A stretch of DNA of 64,000 bases from an uncultured Rhodospirillaceae bacterium (GTDB taxonomy: Bacteria; Pseudomonadota; Alphaproteobacteria; Azospirillales; Azospirillaceae): assembly GCA_937927415.1 (NCBI GenBank), contig CALBDS010000044.1, forward strand, positions 44,404 through 108,403, in the 5' to 3' direction. Position numbers and translations under genes: made by a program. This document shows positions 18,632 through 27,683 of this stretch, piece by piece. Each line of letters starts with the position of its first letter. Position 1 is the first letter of the stretch. The notes under the pieces were generated by a model that was given only the letters and a program-made list of their open reading frames with translations, was not told the DNA's origin and did not search any database.

Positions 18632-19453
18632 TCACGAATCGGGCTTTTTCGCGGTGCAACCCGCCAATTCCGCGTCCAGTTCGGCCCCCAGCAGCACGGC
18701 ATAGGCCGACAGGTTCATCCACAAGAGCAGCACCACCGCCGCCCCCACCGACCCATAGGTTTCGTTGTAGCTGGCGAAGTGGGAGACGTAGAGGGAGAAG
18801 CCGATGGAGCCCAGCATCCATAACGCCACCGCCGTGGCGCTGCCCCAGGTGATCCACCGCCACCGCACCGTCCGCCGCGACGGGGCGAAGCGGTAGACGA
18901 CCGACAGCGCCAGGATCAGGGCCACCGCCAAAATCGGCCAGCGGACCAGCGCCACCAGCCCGGCCAGCGGCCCCAGGGGCAGAAAGGCCAGCACCGCCGG
19001 CACCACCGCCACCATGGTCACGGTGAGAAGGAAGAACACCAGCCCCCCCAGCGTCAGCCCCATGGACAGCAGCCCCAGAACGACGATGCTGCGCCGCTCC
19101 TCCTCCTCATACGCGATGTTGAGGGCGGTGATGAGGGCATTCACCCCGCGCGAGGCGCTCCATAAGGTCAGCATCAGGCCCAGCCCGACCCCCACACTCA
19201 ACCCCCCGCCGGAAACCGAGGCGATGGCATGGGCCTGCGCCCGCAGCATGGACAGGATATCGGGGGGAAGCAGCCCGGCGAACTGGTCCACATGCGCCTC
19301 CACCCCCGCCGGATCGGCCACCAGACCATAGATCGACACCAGCGCCGCCAGCGCCGGGAACAGCGACATCAAGGCGTAATAGGCAACGCCGGAGGCGACG
19401 ATCCCGATGTTGTCACGGCTCTGCTTTTGCCACACCCGCCACAGCAGGGTCAA
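18632..19453 (-). CDS. YihY/BrkB-family inner membrane protein
   Basis: The sequence ...NIGIVASGVAYYALMSLFPALAALVSIYGL...WSASRGVNALITALNIAYEEEERRS... has multiple TM segments, which is the typical YihY signature. Its ATG overlaps the stop of the upstream gene. Confidence 0.85.
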   Translation of the reverse strand: MTLLWRVWQKQSRDNIGIVASGVAYYALMSLFPALAALVSIYGLVADPAGVEAHVDQFAGLLPPDILSMLRAQAHAIASVSGGGLSVGVGLGLMLTLWSASRGVNALITALNIAYEEEERRSIVVLGLLSMGLTLGGLVFFLLTVTMVAVVPAVLAFLPLGPLAGLVALVRWPILAVALILALSVVYRFAPSRRTVRWRWITWGSATAVALWMLGSIGFSLYVSHFASYNETYGSVGAAVVLLLWMNLSAYAVLLGAELDAELAGCTAKKPDS

Positions 19454-20196
19454 AGCACCGCCTCCCGCACCGCGGCCAGCCGGTTGCGCCCGGTTTCCAG
19501 GTCGTGATGACGGGAACCGATGACGATCCGGATCGTGTCGGGCAGGGTCTGGTGCAGGGCGTCGCGGAACAGGGTCAGGGTGCGGTCATACCCCTCCTCC
19601 AGCCGGAAGAGGGCGATCGACGGCGGCAGGTCGGTGCTGAGCGCCTGGAACACCCCGCTCCACACCGAATGCACCGGCGCCCCCGGCGTGCTGGTCCCGC
19701 CCATGCGCAGATGCTCGTCATCCAGCACGGCGGCGGACCGTTCGAACAGGAACCCCAGCCCGATCAGACGCTCGTCAAGCCCGTCGCCGCCGCCGCGGCG
19801 TTCGGCCAGCATGCGCGCGGCGACGGCTCCCTGCCGGCAGACCTCCGCCAGATCGGACAGCAACTCCAGCAGGCTGGCATGGGTCAGCCGGCCCGCCTCC
19901 CCGGATGTGCCGTCCATGCGGCCGGAACGGGACACCGCCCAGGCCAGCCACAGGGCGCCGATGCCGATCAGGGCAACCGGCACCGGGTTGTCGCGCAGGA
20001 CGGTGGCGATGCGGCCCGGACGGCCGTTCAGCGCCTCCTCCACCGCATCGAAAAACCCGCCCCCCATGGCGGCGGGGGACAGGCGGGTTTCGATCTCGTC
20101 GATGGTGGCGTCCATGCGCGCACGGATGGCGCGGATGTCGTTTTCGATGGCGGCGGGGTTGGCGGCATCCCGCCCATCCGTCCCATATCCAGTCAT
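19450..20196 (-). CDS. DUF3618-type N-terminal domain plus one TM, fused to a PA2169-like (DUF2383) four-helix-bundle C-terminal domain
   Basis: This is the internal ATG (M19) of ORF 19450..20250, with GGAAGGAA upstream. AIENDIRAIRARMDATIDEIETRLSP and the TM segment PVPVALIGIGALWLAWAV follow the DUF3618 pattern. The C-terminus RLEEGYDRTLTLFRDALHQTLPDTIRIVIGSRHHDLETGRNRLAAVREA resembles the PA2169 family. The domain calls are from memory. Confidence 0.6.
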   Translation of the reverse strand: MTGYGTDGRDAANPAAIENDIRAIRARMDATIDEIETRLSPAAMGGGFFDAVEEALNGRPGRIATVLRDNPVPVALIGIGALWLAWAVSRSGRMDGTSGEAGRLTHASLLELLSDLAEVCRQGAVAARMLAERRGGGDGLDERLIGLGFLFERSAAVLDDEHLRMGGTSTPGAPVHSVWSGVFQALSTDLPPSIALFRLEEGYDRTLTLFRDALHQTLPDTIRIVIGSRHHDLETGRNRLAAVREAVL

Positions 20197-20290
20197 GAGC
20201 GGCGTTCCTTCCGGCGGTGTCCTGAACGGTCCCACCGGAAACGCCGCCATCAGGCGTCTGGTTCCTTATGCCGATACGGCAATGTCGGTC

Positions 20291-20938
20291 CTACATCAAA
20301 TGAGCAGATACCAGGATCTGGCCGCCACCCCGCCAGATCATCTCAAGGGCGACGTAGAGGATAACCAGAAGCCCGACATAGGCGATCCAATGAAACCGGC
20401 TGAGCAGACGGGCGATCACGCTGGCCGCCGCCCCCATCAACGCCACCGACAGAACCAGCCCCAGCACCAGAACCCACAGATGCTCGCGCGCTGCCCCGGC
20501 CACCGCCAGAACATTGTCCAGCGACATGGACACGTCGGCGAGCACCACCTGCAGCACCGCCGCCCCGACGGTCTTGCGGGGGGCGCTGGCCGTCTCCTCG
20601 CCGGCCACCGCCTCGGCGCCCTCGTCCTCCTCCCGCTGGGAGCGGATTTCGCGGAACATCTTCCAGCAGACCCACAGCAGCAGGATACCGCCGGCAAAGG
20701 TCAGGCCGATGATGTCGAGAAGCTGGGTGGTGGCGAGCGCGAAGCCGATGCGCAGCACCACCGCCGCGGCGATACCCCAGAAGATCACCCGCGCGCGCTG
20801 TTCCGCCGCCACCCCCGCGGCCGCCATGCCGACGACGATGGCATTGTCACCCGCCAGCACCAGATCGATGAAGACCACCTGGGCCAGGGCCAGAAGCTCG
20901 GGAAGCAGCGAATCAAACACGCTCGGATGTCCTTGCAA
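20291..20938 (-). CDS. TerC/YjbE-family integral membrane protein
   Basis: It has duplicated TerC motifs, FIDLVLAGDNAIVVGMAA and LADVSMSLDNVLAVAGAA. A GTG at 20920 is an alternative start. Confidence 0.85.
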   Translation of the reverse strand: MQGHPSVFDSLLPELLALAQVVFIDLVLAGDNAIVVGMAAAGVAAEQRARVIFWGIAAAVVLRIGFALATTQLLDIIGLTFAGGILLLWVCWKMFREIRSQREEDEGAEAVAGEETASAPRKTVGAAVLQVVLADVSMSLDNVLAVAGAAREHLWVLVLGLVLSVALMGAAASVIARLLSRFHWIAYVGLLVILYVALEMIWRGGGQILVSAHLM

Positions 20939-21025
20939 GGCGAAGATCGGTCACCTTGATTAGGCAACCCTACGCTGCTGCGCAAGCCGAGCGGGCCGGC
21001 GCCGGTGCAAACATCCGTATGCTGT

Positions 21026-21056
21026 CGTACCCCGGCCACAGGGGGGCCAGGGTACG
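21026..21056 (-). terminator. Hairpin downstream of the DUF2336 gene
   Basis: On the minus strand, CGTACCCTGGCC-CCCCTGT-GGCCGGGGTACG forms a 12-bp stem with one G-U pair. It has no U-tract. Confidence 0.35.
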
Positions 21057-21063
21057 GGGCGGG

Positions 21064-22215
21064 TCAGGCGGCCGGGCGGATCAGGTCGCCCAGCTTGTCC
21101 AGCAGGTAGTTCAGATCGTCGGGGGCGAGATCCTCGTACTGGGTCAGGATCCGTTCGATCACCCGGCGGCGGTGCCGCTCCAAGTCCCGATCCTCCCCGT
21201 CAAAGGGCGTTTCCTTCAGGACGTCGATGGCGATCCGGCAGGCCGGCAGCAGCGCCGACGGCAGTTTCGCCTTTTCATAGACCGATTTCAGCCCCAACCG
21301 CCCGGCGTCGTGAATCAAAAGCCGGGTGTTGGTCAGCGGCACATCGGCCAGATACGACACCGCCGTTTCGAAAAAGGCGACGTCCCCCATGCACAGTGCG
21401 CGCACCAGCAGCGAAGGCGTCAGGCGCCGGGTGCGGGCCAGTTGCACCACCAGCCGCTCCAGCGCGGCCTCGTCGTTCTCACCACTGACCAGGGTGGCGG
21501 TGGCGTGCTCCCGGCTTTGCAGGATGACGTCGGCGGCGACCTTGGGCGGCAACTCGTGGTTGGCGACCAGATATTGCTGAAGCTTTTCCGACACCACCGC
21601 CACCAGCCGCTCGGCGATGGTCAGCGGCAGGCGGGAACGGTGGACCAGCGGCTCCTGCACCGATTCCGACGCGCCGAAACGGTCGATCACCCGGCCCAGG
21701 GATTTTTCCCCCAGCTCGGCCCCTTCGTTGGCGACCAGGGCCGCCACCGCATGTTCCGAGGCGTTTTCGATCAGCGCATCGGCCACGCGCGCCGGCACCG
21801 ACGGGCGGCGGGCGATGGCGGTCTGCTTGCTGTCGCCACCGGAGCGGACGATCTCCACCAGATCCTGCTCGGTCAGCACCTCCGACACGCTCAAGACCGG
21901 GATGGCCACGGCTTCCACGTCGCGGGCCAGCGTCAGCGCCACCTCACGCGGGAGCTTGGGGTTGCCCTTCAGGTTTTCCGCCAGCGTCTGGCGCACCCGC
22001 ACCACGGCGTCGTGGGCCATGACGCTGATGATGTCTTCCGCCAGCCGGCGTTCGGAGTCCGTCAGGGAGGCGTTGTCGAAATTATGCGCGATCTTCGCGG
22101 CCAGATCGGCACGGGTGGACGGCGACGGGTCCGACAGCAGGCGGACCACATCCTCTTTGGTGAGCTGTTCGCCATCCTTTTGGGTGAGCTGTTCGCTCAT
22201 CGGGGTTTCGCTCAT
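21064..22215 (-). CDS. DUF2336 domain-containing protein, 383 aa
   Basis: This is an all-helical, HEAT-like protein: ...LSDPSPSTRADLAAKIAHNF...AEDIISVMAHDAVVRVRQTLAENLK...LTPSLLVRALCMGDVAFFETAVSYLADVP... The length and pattern match alphaproteobacterial DUF2336 proteins as I remember them. Confidence 0.7.
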   Translation of the reverse strand: MSETPMSEQLTQKDGEQLTKEDVVRLLSDPSPSTRADLAAKIAHNFDNASLTDSERRLAEDIISVMAHDAVVRVRQTLAENLKGNPKLPREVALTLARDVEAVAIPVLSVSEVLTEQDLVEIVRSGGDSKQTAIARRPSVPARVADALIENASEHAVAALVANEGAELGEKSLGRVIDRFGASESVQEPLVHRSRLPLTIAERLVAVVSEKLQQYLVANHELPPKVAADVILQSREHATATLVSGENDEAALERLVVQLARTRRLTPSLLVRALCMGDVAFFETAVSYLADVPLTNTRLLIHDAGRLGLKSVYEKAKLPSALLPACRIAIDVLKETPFDGEDRDLERHRRRVIERILTQYEDLAPDDLNYLLDKLGDLIRPAA

Positions 22216-22391
22216 GGCAACCGCCTTCTCCCTGCCGCACCGTGGCGGTCTTTTCCGTGCCGCAGCGCGGCGTGTTTGTCCGGAGGCATCGGAGCGCCGC
22301 CGGTTGTATGAGTCCTATATTGAATAGATAAGTTTTGCCGGTTCCTTAAAACAGCCCCTTTCGTCCGCGCCGGCCCGACAGGCCGGCGGAA

Positions 22392-23180
22392 TCACACCCC
22401 CGGCACCGGGGCTTCGGGCAGGAACGAGCGGCGGGGGCGGGATCCGTGCAGGGCCGCTTCCACCCGCGCGATGGTATCATCCACGTTGATGGTCCGCTGG
22501 GACAGGATTTCCAGGCCGCGATCCTCATAGACATAGCTGCCGGGGTGGGACTCGGCCCAGGCGGCGGCGGCGGCGTCGCGTTCGCGCAGCAGGGCGGCGA
22601 TGTCCGCCTGGAACAGCCGCAGCATGGCCGTGATCCAGCGGTTGACCGGCCACGACGGGCGGGCATGGTCGATGATGAAGCAGTCCAGCATCCGCACCAC
22701 CTCGGCGGCGGGAAACCACACCTCCCCCGTCACCCAGCGGTTGACGGTAAACAGGCGGATGGGGCGGCCCATGTGATCCATGGCGATGCCCACCAGATGG
22801 GAGAGCACGTCGTTTTCCGCGGCCGGACGGCGGAAATCGGGCAGAGCCGCCGGCTCCACCCCCGGCGGCATACCGAGGGCGCGCAGAAAGGTGTGGAAAT
22901 GCCCGTGTTCGTCGGACGGGCGCTCCCCTTCAGGATGGCAGTGGTAGTAATATTGGGCGTGGTATTCGGCGTCGTAGACATCGCCCGGCGGGTAATGACG
23001 CCATTCATAGATGGTGCCCTGGCCGCGCAGCAACTCCCCCACCAGGGTGTCGCCGGTCTTGGCCAGCACCCGCTGGCACAGCCGCACCTCGCGCGCCGCC
23101 TCGGCCAGCGCCTCCAGCTCACGGCGGGGCAAGAGGTCGAAGGCGATCGGTTCGTGTGCTTTCAGCCCGCCATGATCCAT
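22392..23180 (-). CDS. Conserved hypothetical protein with a His-rich putative metal site
   Basis: This comes from ORF 22392..23240. I prefer the ATG at 23180 because GGGAG lies 7-11 nt upstream, but 23240 is also possible. It contains the motif YYYHCHPEGERPSDEHGHFHTF. I cannot assign a family with confidence. Confidence 0.6.
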   Translation of the reverse strand: MDHGGLKAHEPIAFDLLPRRELEALAEAAREVRLCQRVLAKTGDTLVGELLRGQGTIYEWRHYPPGDVYDAEYHAQYYYHCHPEGERPSDEHGHFHTFLRALGMPPGVEPAALPDFRRPAAENDVLSHLVGIAMDHMGRPIRLFTVNRWVTGEVWFPAAEVVRMLDCFIIDHARPSWPVNRWITAMLRLFQADIAALLRERDAAAAAWAESHPGSYVYEDRGLEILSQRTINVDDTIARVEAALHGSRPRRSFLPEAPVPGV

Positions 23181-23285
23181 GGCCGCTCCCATACCGTCCA
23201 TCGGCCGCCGTCCATCCGGGGATGCAGAACAGTGCGGCATGAAAACAGTATGCCTTCGAATAGCCTTACAGGGCAGGGGTTTTTC

Positions 23286-24017
23286 TCATCGCCCCCCGCC
23301 AATGGCCCGATAAGACGCCGTGCCGGTCCGCAAGGTCCAGGCGACGGTCTGGGTCATCACCGTCTTCAAGGCGGTGTCGAAGGCGGTGACGATGGTGGGA
23401 AAGGCGCGGCTGTTCAGCGGCACCACCGCTTCGAACACCTCCCCCGCTTCGATGGTGCGCTGGGGCATGGCGACCAGCTTGACCGACAGGCGCACCCGCA
23501 CCTGCGACGGTGTGGAATCGGTGGGGGCGGCGTATTCCGCCTGGAAGTCGCGCAGTTCCGCCTTGAGCACGAAATCGGAGCGCAGCCCCACCGTGTCCCG
23601 CCCGACCGAGACGATGCGGCGGGAATTCTCGAACGATTCCACCAGCAGCCCCTGGATCATCTTGGGCGCCCGGTCGGTCCACGACACATCGGCGAAATAG
23701 TCGAGCGCCGTGGCCGTCTGCGCCACCGCGATGCGGGGGGTGTCCAGGCTGGCGGCGGCGGTGGGGGCTTCGACCAGCAATTGCCACGGTGCGGCCGCCC
23801 CCGGAGCGGCGGGGAAATCCGTCGCCGGGGTCAGGGTGTAGAGTTGCGGGGCGGTGGGGCTGATGACGGTGCAGGCCCCGGCCAGCAGGGCTGTGGCCAT
23901 CCCCCCCAGCAGGAACAGGCGCCGGCCGCCGTTGTGGCCGGAGGAGGCCCGGCAGACCGGGGAAACCGTCGTTACCGGGGAAACCGTCGTCTGGGTCGTC
24001 GTCTGAACCGGCGTCAT
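23286..24017 (-). CDS. ABC-type transport auxiliary lipoprotein (PqiC/YmbA-like, DUF330)
   Basis: It has the lipobox LLAGAC. The mature part reads ...LYTLTPA...WQLLVEAPTAAASLDTPRIAV...LDYFADVSWTDRAPKMIQGLLVESFENS...LKAELRDFQAEY, which is typical of the family. Its ATG overlaps the MlaD stop (ATGA). Confidence 0.75.
   Translation of the reverse strand: MTPVQTTTQTTVSPVTTVSPVCRASSGHNGGRRLFLLGGMATALLAGACTVISPTAPQLYTLTPATDFPAAPGAAAPWQLLVEAPTAAASLDTPRIAVAQTATALDYFADVSWTDRAPKMIQGLLVESFENSRRIVSVGRDTVGLRSDFVLKAELRDFQAEYAAPTDSTPSQVRVRLSVKLVAMPQRTIEAGEVFEAVVPLNSRAFPTIVTAFDTALKTVMTQTVAWTLRTGTASYRAIGGGR
23956..23991. repeat. 18-bp tandem duplication in frame at the 5' end of the lipoprotein gene
   Basis: ACCGGGGAAACCGTCGTT (23956-23973) and ACCGGGGAAACCGTCGTC (23974-23991) encode TTVSPV-TTVSPV upstream of the signal peptide. 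Confidence 0.85.
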
Positions 24018-24985
24018 TTGCTGCGCACCTCCACACCCTGGCGGGTTCCGCCGAACAGGAAATTGGTCGGATCGTTTTCCACCCGCGTCAGCACCCGCGA
24101 CACCTGCGCCGACAGATCGCGCAGCTGGCTGATGAGCAGGCTGAGATCATAAAGCCCCGTGGTCGCAAAATCATGCAAGGGCCGGCGGTTGTCGCCCAGA
24201 ATGGCGTTGAGTTGTCCCGTGGTGTCGCGGATCGCCTGCGACAGGCCGCGCATGTCCGACTGGAACGCCTTGGCAGCACCGTCCACGCTGGCCAGGGTGC
24301 GGCCCGCCTGCACCACGGTGTCGTCCAGATGCGGCCCCAGGGTGGCGGCCGTGCGGCGCAGATCGCCGCTGACGGCGTTGAGGTTGTCCAACGCCTCGGC
24401 CACCGCGTCGGCCTTGCCGGCCACGGCCCGCGACAGGCGTTCGGCGTTGGCCAGGGTCTGGCCGATGGCAAGCTGGTTGTCGGGGTTGAGGATCGATTCC
24501 AGCCGTTCGGTGATGGCCAGGGCGCGGTTCAGGATCTGGGGGGCGGCATCCACCACCTCCGCCAGGGTCGAGGGACGGGAGGGGATGACCGGGATCTCCT
24601 CCTTCGACGTCTCGCGCAGGCGGGGGCTGTCCTCGGTCCCGCCGTTGATCTGGACATAGGCGCCGCCGGTGATCCCCTGCACCTCCAGCGACGCAATGGA
24701 ATCGGCCTTGATGGGGGTGCCCGGCTGCACCTCCACCAGCACCCGCACGCGGCTGACCCGCTCGGGGTCCAGGCGGATGTCGGTGACGGTGCCGATGGGA
24801 ATGCCGCGGTAGCGCACCGGGCTGCCTTCCTGCAGGCCGGTGACCGAGCCGGTGAAGTACGTGACGTAAACGTCACGCCCCTCCTTCAACTGGACCTTGG
24901 CGATCCACACGGTAAAGCCGAACAGGCCCGCCAGCAACAGCAGGACGAACGCGCCGACCAGGGTGTAGCTGGTGCGTGTTTCCAT
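24014..24985 (-). CDS. MlaD/MCE-domain protein
   Basis: It has an N-terminal TM (YTLVGAFVLLLLAGLFGFTVWI) and an MCE domain: FTGSVTGLQEGSPVRYRGIPIGTVTDIRLDP...VRVLVEV...PIKADSIASLEVQGITGGAYVQI. Confidence 0.9.
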   Translation of the reverse strand: METRTSYTLVGAFVLLLLAGLFGFTVWIAKVQLKEGRDVYVTYFTGSVTGLQEGSPVRYRGIPIGTVTDIRLDPERVSRVRVLVEVQPGTPIKADSIASLEVQGITGGAYVQINGGTEDSPRLRETSKEEIPVIPSRPSTLAEVVDAAPQILNRALAITERLESILNPDNQLAIGQTLANAERLSRAVAGKADAVAEALDNLNAVSGDLRRTAATLGPHLDDTVVQAGRTLASVDGAAKAFQSDMRGLSQAIRDTTGQLNAILGDNRRPLHDFATTGLYDLSLLISQLRDLSAQVSRVLTRVENDPTNFLFGGTRQGVEVRSK

Positions 24986-24989
24986 GACC

Positions 24990-25772
24990 CTATCCCTCCG
25001 CCCGGCGGGCGGCCCGGCCGCGCGGCCCGTGGAAATACTCCCTGATCCAGGGATGATTGTCCTGCAAATGCTCCTCCAGCGTCGCGGCCCGGACCTTGCG
25101 GTCCACCAGCACGGCGATGCGGTCGCAGATGGTGGTCAGACTGTCCAGATCGTGGGTGACCATATAGACTGTCAAGCCCAGGCTCCGTTGCAGATTGCGG
25201 ATCAGCGTGTCGAACGCCGCGGCACCGATGGGATCCAGCCCCGCCGTGGGTTCGTCGAGAAACAGGATATCGGGGTCCAGCGCCAGCGCGCGGGCCAGCC
25301 CGGCGCGCTTGCGCATCCCGCCCGACAGTTCCGAGGGGTATTTCGCCCCGGCCGTGGGTGGCAGGCCGCTCATCGTGATCTTGATCCGCGCGATGTCGGC
25401 GATCAGACCGGCGGGCAGGTCAGTGTGCTCCTTCAGCGGCACCATGATGTTTTCCGCCACGGTCATGGAGCTGAACAGGGCGCCGTCCTGAAACAGCACG
25501 CCGGTGCGGGCCTTCAGCGCCATCTCCTCCCGCGCCGACAGGTGGGCGGTGTCCTGGCCCAGCAGTTCGATGGTGCCGGCGGCGGGACGGATCAGCCCCA
25601 GGATCTCCTTCATCAGCACCGACTTGCCGGTGCCCGAACCGCCGACCACCCCCAGCACCTCCCCCCGCCGGACGTCGAGGTCCAGGCCGTCGTGGATCGT
25701 CTGGGTGCCGAACCGGGTCACCAGCCCGCGCACCCGGATCACCATGTCGGTTCCCGTCTGGGCCATCGTCAC
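24990..25772 (-). CDS. ABC transporter ATP-binding protein, MlaF-like
   Basis: It has Walker A GGSGTGKS, the signature LSGGMRKRAGLARAL and Walker B ILFLDEPTAGLDP. It lies between the MlaE-like and MlaD-like genes. Confidence 0.9.
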   Translation of the reverse strand: MTMAQTGTDMVIRVRGLVTRFGTQTIHDGLDLDVRRGEVLGVVGGSGTGKSVLMKEILGLIRPAAGTIELLGQDTAHLSAREEMALKARTGVLFQDGALFSSMTVAENIMVPLKEHTDLPAGLIADIARIKITMSGLPPTAGAKYPSELSGGMRKRAGLARALALDPDILFLDEPTAGLDPIGAAAFDTLIRNLQRSLGLTVYMVTHDLDSLTTICDRIAVLVDRKVRAATLEEHLQDNHPWIREYFHGPRGRAARRAEG

Positions 25773-26914
25773 ACCTGCAGGAACGAAAAGAGGATGGAAA
25801 ACAACGCGTCGATGATGATGACCAGAAAGATGGATTCCACCACCGCCTTGGTGGTCAGCCGGCCCACACTTTCAGCACTGCCCGACACCTTCAGCCCCTC
25901 GTAACAGCCCACCAGCGCGATGGTCAGGGCGAACACCGGCGCCTTGACGATGCCGACGATGAAATGGTTCGCCCCCACCGCGGCGTGCAACTGCTTGATG
26001 AACTGGCCGAAGGTGATGTCGAGCACGAAATAGCTCATCACCGCCCCGCCCAGCAGCCCCATCATGTCGGCGAAGAAGCACAGCAGCGGCAGGCTTATCA
26101 TCAACGCCACCGCCCGCGGCACCACCAGCAGTTCCATCACGTCCAGGCCCAGGGTGGCGATGGCGTCCACCTCCTGGTTCACCTTCATGGTGCCGATCTG
26201 GGCGGTGAAGGCGGAGCCGGACCGGCCGGCGACGATGATCGCCGTCATCAGCGTGCCGATTTCCCGCAGCACCGAGACGCCCAGCAGATTGACCACATAG
26301 ATGTCGGCCCCGAACCGCCGCAACTGGTCCGCCCCCTGAAAGGCCAGCACCACGCCGATCAGGAAGGTCAGCAACCCCAGGATCGGCAGGGCGTTCAGCC
26401 CCGTCTGCTCGATGTGGAACGTCACGGCGCGGAAGCGGATCCGCCATGGTGCCCGGGCCAGTCGCAGGAAGGTGATGGTCATCAGGCCGAGAAAGTTCAG
26501 AAGATCCCGCCCCTCCCCCAATGCTTCCACCGTGGCCCGGCCCAGCCGTTCGACCATGGCGCGGATGTGATGATCGGGTCCTGGCACGACGGGCGGCGGC
26601 GCCCGGTCGGCCTCCTGCACCGCGGCGAACAGGGCCGCGTGTTCGGGGCGGATGGGATCCACGGCAACCCGGTGCCCGCGCGCCTCCAGCCGTCCGGCCA
26701 GCCGGCTGAGCAGCAGGGCGCCCACCGTGTCCAGCGCCTCCAGCCGAGACAGGTCGATGCGCACGGCGTCCCCGGCCCGTTCCGGCCCCAGCCGCTCCAG
26801 GGTATCGGCCATGCGCCCGGCCCCGCGCAGATCCCACCGCCCGGCGGCGGTTGCCGTCCATTGGCCCGCGGCCTCATCCGCCGCCGTTTCCAGCCACGCC
26901 TGCTGTGGCGCCAT
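25769..26914 (-). CDS. MlaE-family ABC permease with an N-terminal STAS (MlaB-like) domain
   Basis: The N-terminal roughly 110 aa, ...VRIDLSRLEALDTVGALLLSRLAGRLEARGHRVAV..., look STAS-like. The rest is the permease: ...GADIYVVNLLGVSVLREIGTLMTAIIVAGRSGSAFTAQIGTMKVNQEVDAI... Confidence 0.9.
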   Translation of the reverse strand: MAPQQAWLETAADEAAGQWTATAAGRWDLRGAGRMADTLERLGPERAGDAVRIDLSRLEALDTVGALLLSRLAGRLEARGHRVAVDPIRPEHAALFAAVQEADRAPPPVVPGPDHHIRAMVERLGRATVEALGEGRDLLNFLGLMTITFLRLARAPWRIRFRAVTFHIEQTGLNALPILGLLTFLIGVVLAFQGADQLRRFGADIYVVNLLGVSVLREIGTLMTAIIVAGRSGSAFTAQIGTMKVNQEVDAIATLGLDVMELLVVPRAVALMISLPLLCFFADMMGLLGGAVMSYFVLDITFGQFIKQLHAAVGANHFIVGIVKAPVFALTIALVGCYEGLKVSGSAESVGRLTTKAVVESIFLVIIIDALFSILFSFLQV

Positions 26915-27138
26915 GCCCGTCTTATCCTTATCCGGTCAAACCGCGTCCGCCGCTGCGGTGGGTATCATCAGGGTAATAATCCATCCCCGCAACGGCAACG
27001 GCCGGCATCCCGATGCAGCGCGGCCATGCAGCGTCTTGCAGTGCAAAACCACAGCGGCCTTCCGCCGCCTTGCCGTGCGGCGGACGGTGCGCATAGACTG
27101 CGCCTTATCGCACCTTCCCTCTTCCTCACGGCACGACC

Positions 27139-27654
27139 ATGAACCTGAAAGACCACATCCGCGGCATCGCCGATTTTCCCAAGCCGGGGATTCTCTTTTA
27201 CGACATTTCCCCGCTGCTGGGGCACGGTCCGGCGTGGCAGGAGGCGGTGAACCGGCTGGCCGACGCCATCCGCCCGCACCAGCCCGACCTGCTGGTCGGC
27301 ATCGAATCCCGTGGGTTCCTGCTGGCGGCCCCCCTGGCTCTGGCCTTGGGCGTGGGGTTCATCATGGTGCGCAAGCACGGCAAGCTGCCGGGCGACAAGG
27401 TGGGCTATTCCTATGATCTGGAATACGGCACCGACACCATCGAGGTGCAGGCCGATGCGGTGAAACCTGGCCAGCGGGTGGTGGTTCTGGACGACCTGCT
27501 GGCCACCGGCGGCACCATGGCCGCGGCCATCAACCTGCTGCGGCAGGTGGGCGGCGATGTGCGCGCCGCCGCGTTCCTGGTGGAACTGACCTTCCTCAAC
27601 GGGCGGGAAAAGCTGGATGTGCCGTACACCGCCCTGATGTCCTACGATTCCTGA
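27139..27654 (+). CDS. apt: Adenine phosphoribosyltransferase
   Basis: The sequence [18 protein letters not shown]...[32 protein letters not shown]...[17 protein letters not shown] includes the PRPP-binding motif. Confidence 0.95.
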   Translation: MNLKDHIRGIADFPKPGILFYDISPLLGHGPAWQEAVNRLADAIRPHQPDLLVGIESRGFLLAAPLALALGVGFIMVRKHGKLPGDKVGYSYDLEYGTDTIEVQADAVKPGQRVVVLDDLLATGGTMAAAINLLRQVGGDVRAAAFLVELTFLNGREKLDVPYTALMSYDS

Positions 27655-27683
27655 AAAACCGGCGATTCCTGAAAAATCGGGTT

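Noticed and set aside
20939-21025. A possible yybP-ykoY (Mn2+) riboswitch in the leader of the TerC-family gene.
   Set aside because: I read the minus-strand leader and could not find the conserved GGGGAGUAG or the distal conserved segments of that riboswitch class; only generic hairpins are present. An Infernal scan would be needed to settle it.
27655-27683. The direct repeat GATTCCTGAAAAA(C/T)CGG x2 between apt and the Fic gene.
   Set aside because: It is very short (two copies, about 16 bp), lies in a 29-bp convergent spacer and partly overlaps the apt stop codon. It is most likely a trivial duplication or a weak terminator region.
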